From contig NC_086097.1 of the NCBI RefSeq assembly GCF_963921235.1, forward strand, positions 151,778,001 to 151,842,000: a stretch of 64,000 nucleotides of DNA, in the 5' to 3' direction. The notes below the pieces were generated by a model. It did not search any database and was not told the DNA's origin. It saw only the letters and a list, made by a program, of their open reading frames with translations. Made by a program: the position numbers and the translations under genes. Below are positions 11,926 to 22,980 of the stretch, piece by piece (within the stretch, counting starts at the first letter, position 1; each line of letters begins with the position of its first letter). The stretch is from Mobula hypostoma (taxonomy: Eukaryota).

Positions 11926-12769
11926 GGACTACAGAAGAGAAATCTTGCTGTCTCACATCCCGATCTCTCTGTTATCATCACATTGAAATAAATAGGATAT
12001 AATAAATTGTGGAAGGTAGTGCTAAACTTTGAAACACATTGAATACTCTCTCTGATGTAAACTGCTTACAGTCCAAATATAGCACTCAGTGAAATAATTG
12101 CAAAAAATATCAATAGAAATAGAAGAAAAGACATGCACTTATATAGTACCTTTCACAAGTAATTACACTCCCAAGTGCTGAACACATTTTGTGATAGTAG
12201 CCAATGAGATATTTCTGAAATACAGATCTGGTTCTATAAACAGGGGAGGATTTACTCGGGTCGATGCAGTAAAATTTTTGATTTACGGAAAGAAACCTGC
12301 TGAAGTTAGTAGAACAATAGTCGTAATGGTGAGGCAGATTAGGAACTGATTAAATTGGAAAGTTTGATATACGATAGATTAGAAAGCCACTGAAGCAGAT
12401 TTGATTTGACAATGAAACGGTAGGACTGTGTTCTGTTTGCTTCATACATAACAGAGTATCTGTTGAAATTTGAAGGAGATTTGGCAAGCCCCAGCCTGCT
12501 AATTCTCACCACCTCCCCAGCTCCTCCCCTCCCAAATCACTTTAGATTTTCCACTGCAGTCATTTTAGTCTCCTTGACAGTTTGTTTCTTATTTTGTTAG
12601 ATATTTCTACATCGTACTGAATAATTTATTTTGTATGCACACTATGGTAGAAAAGCTTTGATGAGCGAGTACCAGCAACCACTTCACCAATTTTTAGTTA
12701 AAGCTCCTCCAACACTGTTCCAGAATGGTGTACAGCATTTGTACAGTATGCATTTTGGTGAAGAATTTC

Positions 12770-13205
12770 AAAGTTCAAAGTAAATTTATTATCAAAGTAC
12801 AAATATAGCACCAGATATTACCCTGCAATTCATTTTCTCATGGACATTCACAGTAAATACAAAAATAAACACGACAGAATCAAGGATAAAACACACAGAA
12901 CAAAGACAAACAAAAAATATACAAAAGGCAATAAACTGTAAACACACAAAAAAGAAAGAAATATCTAAAACATGAGATTGTAGAGTGTTTGAAAGTGAGT
13001 CTACATGTTGTGGAATCTGTTCAGTAATGGGCCATGTGAAGTAGAGTGAAGTTATCACCTCTGGTTCAAGAGCCTGATGTTTGAGGGGTAGTAACTGTTC
13101 CTGAACCTGGTAGTGTGAGTCCTAGGGCTCCCGTACCTCCTTCCTCATGTTAGTCACAAGAAGACAGTATGGCCTAGCTGCTAGGGCTCCTTGATGATGG
13201 ATGAA
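12770..13205 (-). mobile_element. Rex1-like 3'-end/non-autonomous repeat (copies also ~48430-48740, ~57920-58275, ~61095-61345)
   Basis: Recurrent start caaagttcaaagtaaatttattatcaaagtac; ttgaaagtgagtc…gtgaagttatc…ctgttcctgaacctg. Confidence 0.7.
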
Positions 13206-13499
13206 GGGAAGTGATCGCATGTTAGTTTTTTTTATTTTGTTTTTCATATACAGTGATAAACAAGCAGTAGTCTGTGGTAAACAAGCAGATGCCAAACTCT
13301 TGTATATTAAGTAACCAGTTAACTTAAGTAACATCAGTGAACTCAGAACATGCAGTATGTGGAATTATAAACTCATGGGTTCTACTCTAGTTACCAACCA
13401 AAACTGAATTCTTGAAATTAAATAGGAGACTGCAGAAGATTATATGAACAAGTATAAACAGTCAAATGAAAACTTGTTGGTAAATTAACTGTTAATTAA

Positions 13500-14820
13500 A
13501 TTTAAGTAGGTACAGGAAATCAAATAATGCATTTTGAGTGTTATGTGTGGGATCCAGTGAGATTCATGGTGATCACATCTACAGAAAATACACAAAGAAT
13601 GCTGGAGGAACTCAGCAGGCCAGGCAGCACCTATGGAAAAGAGTAAACAGTCAATGTTTCAGAGCGAGACCTTTCATTGGGACTGCAGTTTGTGATCCTA
13701 CTGCTACACTGCCAACTCTTTTCCAGAACTGCAAGAAGTTTAAATCTTGCAGTCCTGATTTTGTGTTTGTTGTTTCCATCATCTGCAGATTTTCTCGGGT
13801 TTGCTATCGACAGTAAGTGGCTGTATTTCAAGGAACTTTGACTCCAAGCTGATGAATAAGAGTTAAATATTTTGGGGAAAGTCACCTGGACACTTTGCGT
13901 CCAGCGGAAATGGTCCTCCTTACACAGCGTATCACAGAATGTTCAATCAAGTGAATCAGGAGGGTGTGACTGTCAGTGACATCGATACTTGGAAGGGGAA
14001 AACCTTTGCATTTGTCCAATATCAAGAAAATTCTTGCAGCCTGTGTGGATAAGAACAGAGCTTGCACTGAGGGTAGTTACTTAGTGCACTTGAGGATTAA
14101 GGAAAAGAAGGACCAAAATGTTGATAAGGAAAGGGAAAGCAGAAAATCAGACTAAACTAGTGAGAAACATAAAACAGACTGTAAAAGTTTCTGTGTGTTA
14201 TGAAAAGGAAAATATGAACTAAAGTTAATGGTGTTACCTTACAGCTGACAGGAGAATTTAGATTGGGGAATAAGGAAATGACAAAAATTAATCAGATATT
14301 TTGTGTCTGCCTAAATGGAAGAAGACATAAAAACCACAACACCCAACACCCTCTCTTTAAGAATGATTAATATGGAGTGAGACGGAACCTGAAAGAGATT
14401 ATTAACAGTTACTGGAGAAATTAGTGTGACTGAAAGGTAAGAAATCCCCCAGAACTTATGATCTGCATACTCAAGTATCAAAGGTGGTAGATATGGAGAT
14501 ATTGTTTGTCATCTTCTAAAACTGCACACATTCTATCAGTTTCCAAAATGATCCCCACTTGTTGGACAGTTGTAAATATAAGCTTACTATTCATGAAAGG
14601 AGGGAGAATGAAGATGGAGGGTTACTAGTCAGCTAGTCTGAGATCAGTATGAGGACAATATTCAAATTTATTATTCAGGAAAAGAGCTGCAGGATTGGGC
14701 AAAGACAATGTTTTATGAAAGGAAAATCATGTTTGACAAATCTGTTATGGTTTTTTTAAAGTTGTAATTAGCAGGGTAGATAAGATGAATCAATTACTCT
14801 GATGTATTTGGAATTTTAGA
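13500..14820 (+). mobile_element. Highly decayed CR1 (ORF1-like region then RT); continues ~16066-16500
   Basis: ggggaaagtcacctggacactttg…caggagggtgtgactgtcagtga (ORF1-like); aaaatcatgtttgacaaatctgtt…gatgtatttggaatttt (RT). Confidence 0.6.
13588..13686 (-). mobile_element. Penelope pLTR fragment with decayed hammerhead (13648-13685)
   Basis: Reverse reads CAGTC-CCAATGA-AAGGTCTCGCTCT-GAAACATT-GACTG. Confidence 0.75.
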
Positions 14821-16065
14821 TTCAAGATTCAAAATTGTTTAATGCCATTTCCTGTAAACAAAGTTCCAACGTCGTCTACACAAGTACTGATGACAGGTGA
14901 GGCATATCCCTCGAGGTCTGTGTCTTCTCTAGTTTTGGAGGCCTTCTTGAACACCTGCCAGTTAGTCCATTCAATACAGTCCTGGAGCATAGAAATAACC
15001 TCATTAGGCCATACAGTGATGGTCTGTTTGACTGGTTTCTCCATTTTCAGCAGTGGTCAGTATGCTGGGATTAAGCAGTGGTCAGAGAGGCCAAAAAGGA
15101 GGGTGTGGGATGGCTTTGTAAGTACTACGTTTGTTTGGATGAACATGGTACAGTCTGTTTGTTCCCCTAGTGCCCATGGTGACATGTTGGTGGAATCTGG
15201 GTAAAAGGCCTTTCAGGTTAACATGATTGAAGTCTCCTCAATTTTAAAGAGAATGTCCTGCTGTTTGTTTTGTAGAGAGCTGATGATACTGTAAAGCTGT
15301 CCCAGTGCAAGCTTGGTGTTTGTGCTCAAGAGGGTGTAGACAATGAAGATGAGCACAACAGTAAACTCCCATAGCAGGAAATGTTGCTGGAATTTAATCG
15401 AAGGATGCTCAATTTCCCCAGAACAGTGACTGCTAACTACAGATGAGTTCGTGTAACATCCTCTGTTAAAGTACACACTGACTTCCCCCCTCTTCTGGAT
15501 TTCCACAACAGGAATTTCCTGCCTCCATGGAACAGAGTCATCCTATTGAGTAGAAGTGCTGAGTCAGGCACACGGCCATTTAACCATGTTTTGGTGAAAA
15601 CCAGAATGCAGCTGTTTCTCATCTGTTTCTCTGCATTCATTCTTAGTCTTAGTAAGTCCATTTTTTATCTTTTAGCGAGCGGACGTTGGCCAGGAAAAGT
15701 GATGGTACCTGTGGTCTGGTCCGGCTAGCTCTCAGCCTCACTCACGTCCCAGCTCTCTTGCCGCGCCTCTGCCTCCTCTCACATTGCCTGTGTCTGCCGC
15801 TTCCTCGGCTGAGCGGCTGAGGCCCAATTGCTGTTGCCTGGTCCAGTGTCCGTAGAATCCCTACTCTGCTGAGCGCCACTATTCACTCTGCTGCCGGCAG
15901 AATAAAAGTAATTTTGTCTAAGACTTCTGTGACACTGTGTTTGTGGACCCTTAGACGACAGAAATCCCTGACTAGAAACTGTGGAATACAATTTGAGAAT
16001 TTAAACCTGGCACCATTATTGGGAGCTAGAGTAGCTGCTGCATCTCTGTGTGCCGCCATGTTAAT
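14820..16065 (-). mobile_element. Rex1/Babar-like LINE 5' region with apurinic-endonuclease remnant
   Basis: Minus ORFs: CILVFTKTWL…, RGGKSVC, FIVYTLLSTNTKLALGQLY, LQDCIEWTNWQVFK; 5' end aacatggcggc. Confidence 0.8.
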
Positions 16066-16520
16066 AATTTGAAGTCTTAGATCCTATTATTACAAAAAAT
16101 TAGAGCATAAGATATAGAGATAATAGACTGTCATGGAGAGAGTACTGTGTGATGGATAGAAAACAGAGAAAAGATAAGTGGGTCAATCTCAGGTTAAGAG
16201 GCTATGATGAAGGGGTGCCATAGTAATCAATACTGAGTTCACAGCTATTCCTATAAGTAATTAGTACATGGCCAACAAATGTAATATACACGGGAGTGCC
16301 GATGATACAAAGCTGGATGGTAGTGTGAGGTTTGATAGGGATGGAAAGATGCAAAGGGATAGAGGTAAGTTAAGGGAACAATGGAGAACAAACTAAGTAA
16401 TGCTAAAAGTGTGGGGTTATTCAGTTTGGTGGAAGGAAAAAATATGTATGTATTTTTTAAATGATGAGGTCTGGAAGATACTGGGTGTTGTGACTGACTA
16501 AAACTGAGCCACATGGAAGC

Positions 16521-16841
16521 TGTAACTAAAATATAGATGTCTTTATTTACACAGTGAACCTCTAGGAGAGAGAGGGTCCAGGAGAATCCAAGAAAAACTG
16601 ATTTTCCTGATCTGATGTTTTATACTTCTTCAACACAAAGCTGACAATAAACGAGTAAGTACAGTTTCAATTGTTATAATCATCCTCTTAACATTAACAT
16701 TTGGAATGTAGTCTGATAAATTTACAGAGTTACATATCTACCTAACTAGCAGAACCCCTTTGATTATTCAATACTGGTATCAGTTCCAAAAGCCTCTTGA
16801 GTGCAAACTCAAGACCATGATAATATACCCCTTTTGTTACA
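16521..16841 (-). mobile_element. Possible solo LTR
   Basis: TGTAAC…GTTACA inverted termini; minus-strand TATAAAA (~16618-16624) and AATAAA (~16542-16547) in the right order; no TSD found. Confidence 0.4.
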
Positions 16842-16904
16842 GTATTGGCTCCATGAATATATGACTAACCAGAAGGTTAAGCAACAAAACAAATAAGGAG
16901 CGAC

Positions 16905-17940
16905 ATAGATGCTAGACACTAGATACTAGACACTAGAATATTACAACACAGTACAGGCCCTTTGGCCCTCGATGTTGTGCCGACCCATATATTCCTTAAA
17001 AAAAAGTACTAAACCCACACTACCCGTAACCCTCGATTTTTCTTTCACCCGTGTGCCTGTCCAAGAGGATCTTAAATACCCCTAATATTTTAGCCTCCAC
17101 CACCATCCCTGGCAAGTCATTCCAGGCACCCACAGCCCTCTGAGTAAAAAACTTACCCCTGATGTCTCCCTTAAACTTCCCTCCCTTAACTTTGTACATA
17201 TACCTATTCATGCCCTGGAAAACAGGTACTGGCTATCCACCCTATCTATGCCTCTCATAATCTTGTAGACCTCTATCAAGTCCCCTCTCATCCTTCTATA
17301 CTCCAAAGAGAAAAGTCCCAGCTCTGCTAACCTTGCCTCGTTTTCCAATCCAGGCAACATCCTGGTAAATCTCCTCTGCACCCTCTCCATAGCTTCCACA
17401 TCCTTCTTATAATGAGGTGACCAGAACTGAACACAATACTCTAAGTGTGGTCTCACCAGAGATTTGTAGATTTGCAACATGACCCCTCTACTCTTGAACT
17501 CAATCCCTCTATTAATGAAGCGTAGCATCCCATAGGCCTTCTTAACTATCCCATCAACCTGTGCAGCAACCTTGAGGGATGTATGGATTTGAACCCCAAG
17601 GTCCCTCTGTTCATCCACACTCTTAAGTAACTGACCATTAACTCTGTACTCAGCCTTCTTGTTTGTCCTTCCAAAACGCATCACCTCACACTTATCCGGG
17701 TTGAACTCCATCTGCCACTTTTCTGCCCAACTTTGCATCCTGTCTATATCCTCTTGTAACCTTCGACAACCTACAGCTCCATCCACAACTCCTCCAATCT
17801 TCGTGTCATCCACAAACTTACTCACCCATCCTTCCGCCTCTTCATCCGGGTCATTTATAAAAATCACAAAGAGCAGGGGTCCGAAGACAGATCCTTGCGG
17901 TACTCCACTAGTCACCGACCTCCAGGCAGAATACTTTCAT
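16905..17940 (-). mobile_element. CR1 LINE 3' fragment (RT ORF 17208-17915)
   Basis: SGVPQGSVFGP, KFVDD, LVRPHLEYCVQFWSP; reverse tail ctagacactagatactagacactag. Confidence 0.92.
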
Positions 17941-18994
17941 TCCACTTTTCTATCTTTCCTTCCAAGATGGAACTTATATGGGAATAAAACAGTCTGAAAA
18001 GTCTGGCAAATAAGGATATGAAAATATGAAAATTTCAGTCTTGGCAAGGAAACAAAGAGTCAAGCATATTATGTAAACAGTAAAATATTGCAGAACTCTG
18101 TGGTGTGAAGAAAACTGGATATAATAGTGAATGTTTTGCAAAAGGCTAATAGAAACGTATAGCAAGTAATTGGGAATGGTGAGTTGTGTAATAATTTATT
18201 CTAAGTGTGATTGAATACAAAAGTAGGAAGTTTTTGCTTTCATGAGATTATAGCAGGAATGCTGTTTACGCTATGTCACTTCCTTAAAGAATCCAATGCG
18301 GTTGATCCCTTATTTTGAGACTGGGACCTCTGGTTCCAGACTTTTCAGTCAGAGAAACATTTTCCTCACATTTAGCTGTCAATCCCCATATCATTTTTAA
18401 TCTACTTTGTTGCTTAATTTCTCTGCCATTTCCTTATTTCCTGACATCTTTTTTTCTCAGTTTAAGAGAGTATGCATGCATTCAGCACCCACTTGCTAGG
18501 TTTCAGTGATTTCTACAGAAGCTCCTCCAGATCTTCTGAAGCCCTGTGCTGAGGATCATTCTGGAGCTGTGAAATTATGGATAATTTATATATGCAGTTT
18601 TTTTCACATTAAGGATTAACTAAAATTGGAACCGATTTTCAGGAAATAAAACGTACACAATTCACATCCAGTTGAAATTTTGTGCCAAGTGAATCCAGGG
18701 TGTAGGACATTCTGATACTGCCCCATTGAAACTACATAGGGAAAGACACAAGATGAACGTTCCTGAAATGTGCACATTGTTAAAGATGTATCCCCACCAC
18801 TTAAGGGGTTAACGGATGTTGAACTGTCTGGCTTTAAAAATATGAATGGGAAATTGGACTCCACTGATCTTCTGCAGACCTCACATTTCCTAGGGACTTA
18901 GCACAAGAACTACTGCTAATAAGGCAAGTGTCCCTAAATTAATCCTCATGAAATTGTTAAGATCCTTTGCAATTAATGGGAACATTAACATATT

Positions 18995-19410
18995 ATTTAA
19001 ATTACTAGACTGACATCCAAAGGCCTGGTCTGGAAATGAGTTCCAATTCAATCACGGCAGCTGAGGAATTCAAATTCAAGAATTTAAATAAATCCAAAAT
19101 TAAAAACTATTGTGAGAATTCACCATAAAACTGGAAACTGATACTATAAATTGTCCTTAGTGTGGGTGGGTTGCAAGGGAATCTGGGTGTGTGAAAGTGT
19201 AGGTTACAGAGAAATAATTGGGGGAATTAGAATAGATGGGAACGCTCACAGAATCAGCTTTGATTCAATGAGGTGAATATAATTATAAAATTTATTTCTT
19301 CATTGAAGGCAATCATGTCATTCTTACAAGTTGTGGATCTTTTTTGTGACTCTAGATCCACCTATCGTACTTGAGTTAGGGACAATTAAGGACAAAAAAA
19401 ATTGCACAAC
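18995..19410 (+). mobile_element. Old tRNA-derived SINE, interrupted by an HE1-like SINE piece (~19140-19270)
   Basis: ctagactgacatccaaaggcc…gagttccaattcaatcacggcagctgaggaattcaaattcaa…gtgactctagatccac. Confidence 0.5.
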
Positions 19411-19790
19411 ACGCAGATTTCAGGAACAATAAATGAGTTAACTGAAGCTGTAAATGTGCCTGAGGTAAAATCAGAAATTTCGGGAAATACTCAGGAGGTC
19501 AAGCTACGCTCTTGAAAGTGGAATAGAGTTAATCCTTCATCAAATCAGATCTGCAGTAGAGAAATGGAGTAAAGCTTGAGATCGAATTCAGTGTGAATGT
19601 TCAGTTGTTGCTGATGGCTGACTGTAGCAGGGTACTTGAACACAGATCATGAGCAATTTCAACCCAACTTGTCTTTCTGGGAATTCACTGGGCTGGCTCA
19701 TGGTCATTCAGCAAGCCTACCTCTGACCCCATTGACATCTGTAACATGTTGTATAGCAGGTACTCTATAGATCCATTGGCTAGTTGTGGG

Positions 19791-22344
19791 CCATGAAACG
19801 AGCAGGCATGAACTTCAGACTGTGGCCCCTGCCGTTGATCTCGCCGGCTCCAACATCTCAGGGCATATTCAAAACCCGGACTCCAGCAACGACCACAGAC
19901 ACCTTCAAAGCGATTGCGCAACCACCAACTGCGACTCCAGCCTTGAACTCCAGGCCGGGTCTTTATGTGCTGCTATTGTGACTCCCGTCTCCCCTTCCCC
20001 CACCAATACTCTGCAATCCCATCTCCCTCAGCTCCCATCGTCAGCTCCTGGGCCCTCGGAGGCTCCATCTTCTTCTCACCGAAACTCTCCCCTCTCCACT
20101 GACACCACCAGCCTCCCTCCCCCTCCCCCCTCTGATCCCAGCTCTCATCCGTGCTGGGTCTTTACCATCCCCTCCGACCTTCAACTGTCGGAGGCAGAAC
20201 GCTCTGTCCTCAGTAAGGGCCTCACCTTTGTCCCCCTTCGCCCACACCTCAGAGAGTTCCGTGTTCGCTCTGATGCGGAACTCTTCTTCCGCCGTCTCCA
20301 TCTCCGAGCCTACTTCTTTGGCAAGGACTCTTCCACCCCCACCGATGACCCCTTCTCCAGTCTTCAACCCTCCTCTTCTTCATGGACACCCCGCTCTGGT
20401 CTTCTGCCTGCTCTGGATCTCTTTATCGCTAACTGCCGACGAGATATCAACCGTCTAGACTTCTCCACACCTTGTTCCCATTCCAACCTCACTCCTTCTG
20501 AACGCTCTGCTCTCCACTCCCTCCGCACTAATCCTAACCTTATTATTAAACCCGCCGATAAGGGGGGGTGCTGTTGTAGTCTGGCGTACTGACCTCTACC
20601 TTGCCGAGGCACAGCGACAACTCGCGGATACCTCCTCTTATTTACCCCTCGATCGTGACCCCACGAAGGAGCATCAGGCCATGGTCTCCCACACCATCAC
20701 CGACTTTATCCGCTCAGGGGATCTCCCATCCACTGCTACCAACCTTATAGTTCCCACACCTCGCACCTCCTGTTTCTACCTCCTACCCAAGATCCACAAA
20801 CCTGCCTGTCCTGGCAGACCTATTGTCTCAGCTTGCTCCTGCCCCACCGAAATCATTTCTGCATACCTCAACACGGTTTTATCCCCTCTTGTTCAATTCC
20901 TTCCTACCTATGTTTGTGACACTTCTCACGCTCTTAAACTTTTCGATGATTTTAAGTTCCCTGGCCCCCACCGCTTTATTTTCACCATGGATGTCCAGTC
21001 CCTATATACCTCCATCCCCCATCAGGAAGGTCTCAAAGCTCTCCGCTTCTTTTTGGATTCCAGACCCAATCAGTTCCCCTCTACCACCACTCTTCTCTGT
21101 CTAGCGGAATTAGTCCTTACTCTTAATAATTTCTCCTTTGGCTCCTCCCACTTCCTCCAAACTAAAGGTGTAGCTATGGGCACCCGTATGGGTCCTAGCT
21201 ATGTCTGCCTTTTTGTTGGCTTTGTGGAACAATCTATGTTCCGTGCCTATTCTGGTATCAGTCCCCTACTTTTCCTTCGCTACATCGACGGCAGCATTGG
21301 CGCTGCTTCCTGCATGCATGCTGAGCTCATTGACTTTATTAACTTTGCCTCCAACTTTCACCCTGCCCTCAAGTTTACCTGGTCCATTTCCGACACCTCC
21401 CTCCCCTTTCTAGATCTTTCTGTCTCTATCTCTGGAGACAGCTTATCCACTGATGTCTACTATAAGCCTACTGACTCTCACAGCTATCTGGACTATTCCT
21501 CTTCTCACCCTATCTCTTGCAAAAATGCCATCCCCTTCTTGCAATTCCTCCGTCTCCGCCGCATCTGCTCTCAGGACGAGGCTTTTCATTCCAGGACGAG
21601 GGAGATGTCTTCCTTTTTTAAAGAAAGGGGCTTCCCTTCCTCCACTATCAACTCTGCTCTCAAATGCATCTCCCCCATTTCACGTACATCTGCTCTCACT
21701 CCATCCTCCCGCCACCCCACTAACAATAGGGTTCCCCTGGTCCTCACCTACCACCCCACCAGCCTCCGGGTCCAACATATTATTCTCCGTAACTTCCGCC
21801 ACCTCCAACGGGATCCAACCACTAAGCACATCTTTCCCTCCCCCCCCCCGCTTTCCGCAGGGATCGCTCCCTACGCGACTCCCTTCTCCATTCGTCCCCC
21901 CCATCCCTCCCCACTGATCTCCCTCCTGGCACTTATCCTTGTAAGCGGAACAAGTGCTACACATGCCCTTACACTTCCTCCCTTACCACCATTCAGGGCC
22001 CCAGACAGTCCTTCTAGGTGAGGCGACACTTCACCTGTGAGTCGGCTGGGGTGATATACTGCGTCCGGTGCTCCCAATGTGGCCTTCTATATATTGGCGA
22101 GACCCGACGCAGACTGGGAGACCGCTTTGCTGAACACCTACACTCTGTCCGCCAGAGAAAGCAGGATCTCCCAGTGGCCACACATTTTAATTCCACGTCC
22201 CTTTCCCATTCTGACATGTCCATCCACGGCCTCCTCTACTGTAAAGATGAAGCCACACTCAGGTTGGAGGAACAACATCTTATATTCCGTCAGGGTAGCC
22301 TCCAACCTGATGGCATGAACATCGACTTCTCTAACTTCTGCTAG
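19791..22344 (+). pseudogene. Penelope RT–GIY-YIG polyprotein, broken by two homopolymer frameshifts and a YIDD→YIDG change
   Basis: ORFs 19786-20592 (LSKGLTFVP…IKPADKGG), 20681-22021 (FYLLPKIHK…GRPIVS, MDVQSLYTSI, GVAMGTRMGP, RYIDG, YYKPTDSHSYLDY), 22018-22344 (VIYCVRCSQCGLLYIGETRRRLGDRFAEH…LQPDGMN). Confidence 0.93.
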
Positions 22345-22621
22345 TGCCCCACCTCCCCCTAGTACCCCATCCGTTATTTATTTTTATACATACATTCTTT
22401 CTCTCACTCTCCTTTTTCTCCCTCTGTCCCTCTGACAATACCCCTTGCCCATCCTCTGTTCTGCCCCCCCCGTCTTTCTCCCCGGATCTCCTGTCCCATG
22501 ATCCTCTCATATCCACTTTGCCAGCTCTTGGCTCCATCCCTCCCACTCCTGTCTTCTCCTATCATTTTGGATCTCCCCCTCCCCCTCTCACTTTCAAATC
22601 TCTTACTAACTCTTCCTTCAG

Positions 22622-22661
22622 TTAGTCCTGACGAAGGGTCTCGGCCTGAAACGTCGACTGA
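22622..22661 (+). ncRNA. Minimal type-I hammerhead ribozyme, catalytic core intact
   Basis: Stem I TTAGTC/GACTGA; core CTGACGA; stem II within AGGGTCTCGGCCT; GAA; palindromic ACGT stem III; predicted cleavage after GTC (22655). Confidence 0.85.
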
Positions 22662-22980
22662 AACTCTTCCAATAGATGCTGCCTGGCCTGCTGCGTTTAC
22701 CAGCAACTTTGATGTGTGTGGCTAGTTGTGGGTGTGTTTTGGCCTAATGTAACAGTTTCACATGAACAAACATGATAGCCCATGTGAGTACACAATAAAT
22801 GGAAAATGTGAGGTCATTCACACTAGAGTTAGAAGAAAAGAAGAAAGTAATGGATTCCAATTAATTGGGATACATCGTAACCAGTACATTTTGCGTCCAA
22901 TTAAGTGGTTGTTCCAATTATCTGACGTTTCATAGAAATAGTTCAAAAAGTATTAAAAAAAGCAAACTGTGCAACAAATT

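Larger units (their letters stand above)
19791..22718 (+). mobile_element. Penelope-like retroelement (Neptune-like), 5'-truncated, with 3' pseudo-LTR and exact 14-bp TSD
   Basis: TSD TGGCTAGTTGTGGG at 19777-19790 and 22719-22732; RT + Cys linker + GIY-YIG ORF; hammerhead in the pLTR. Confidence 0.95.

Noticed and set aside
12244..12328. Apparent exon (cAG|…GGFTRVDAVKFLIYGKKPAEVSRTIVVM|GTGAGG), in frame with 9391-9555
   Set aside because: The DNA aligns by eye to a decayed CR1 VDVVYLDFQK segment (gtcgatgcagta…tttgatttacggaaag), and the acceptor lies in an old SINE tail. It is better explained as repeat debris.
13686..14055. Protein-like open frames (…SGNGPPYTAYHRMFNQ…) and a CA|GTAAGT donor at ~13812
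   Set aside because: The sequence matches the CR1 ORF1 region and pLTR tail remnants.
18510..18900. Short protein-like frames (EAPPDLLKPC…, NVHIVKDVSPPLKG…)
   Set aside because: Interrupted by stops, no consistent splice pair and no family recognised.
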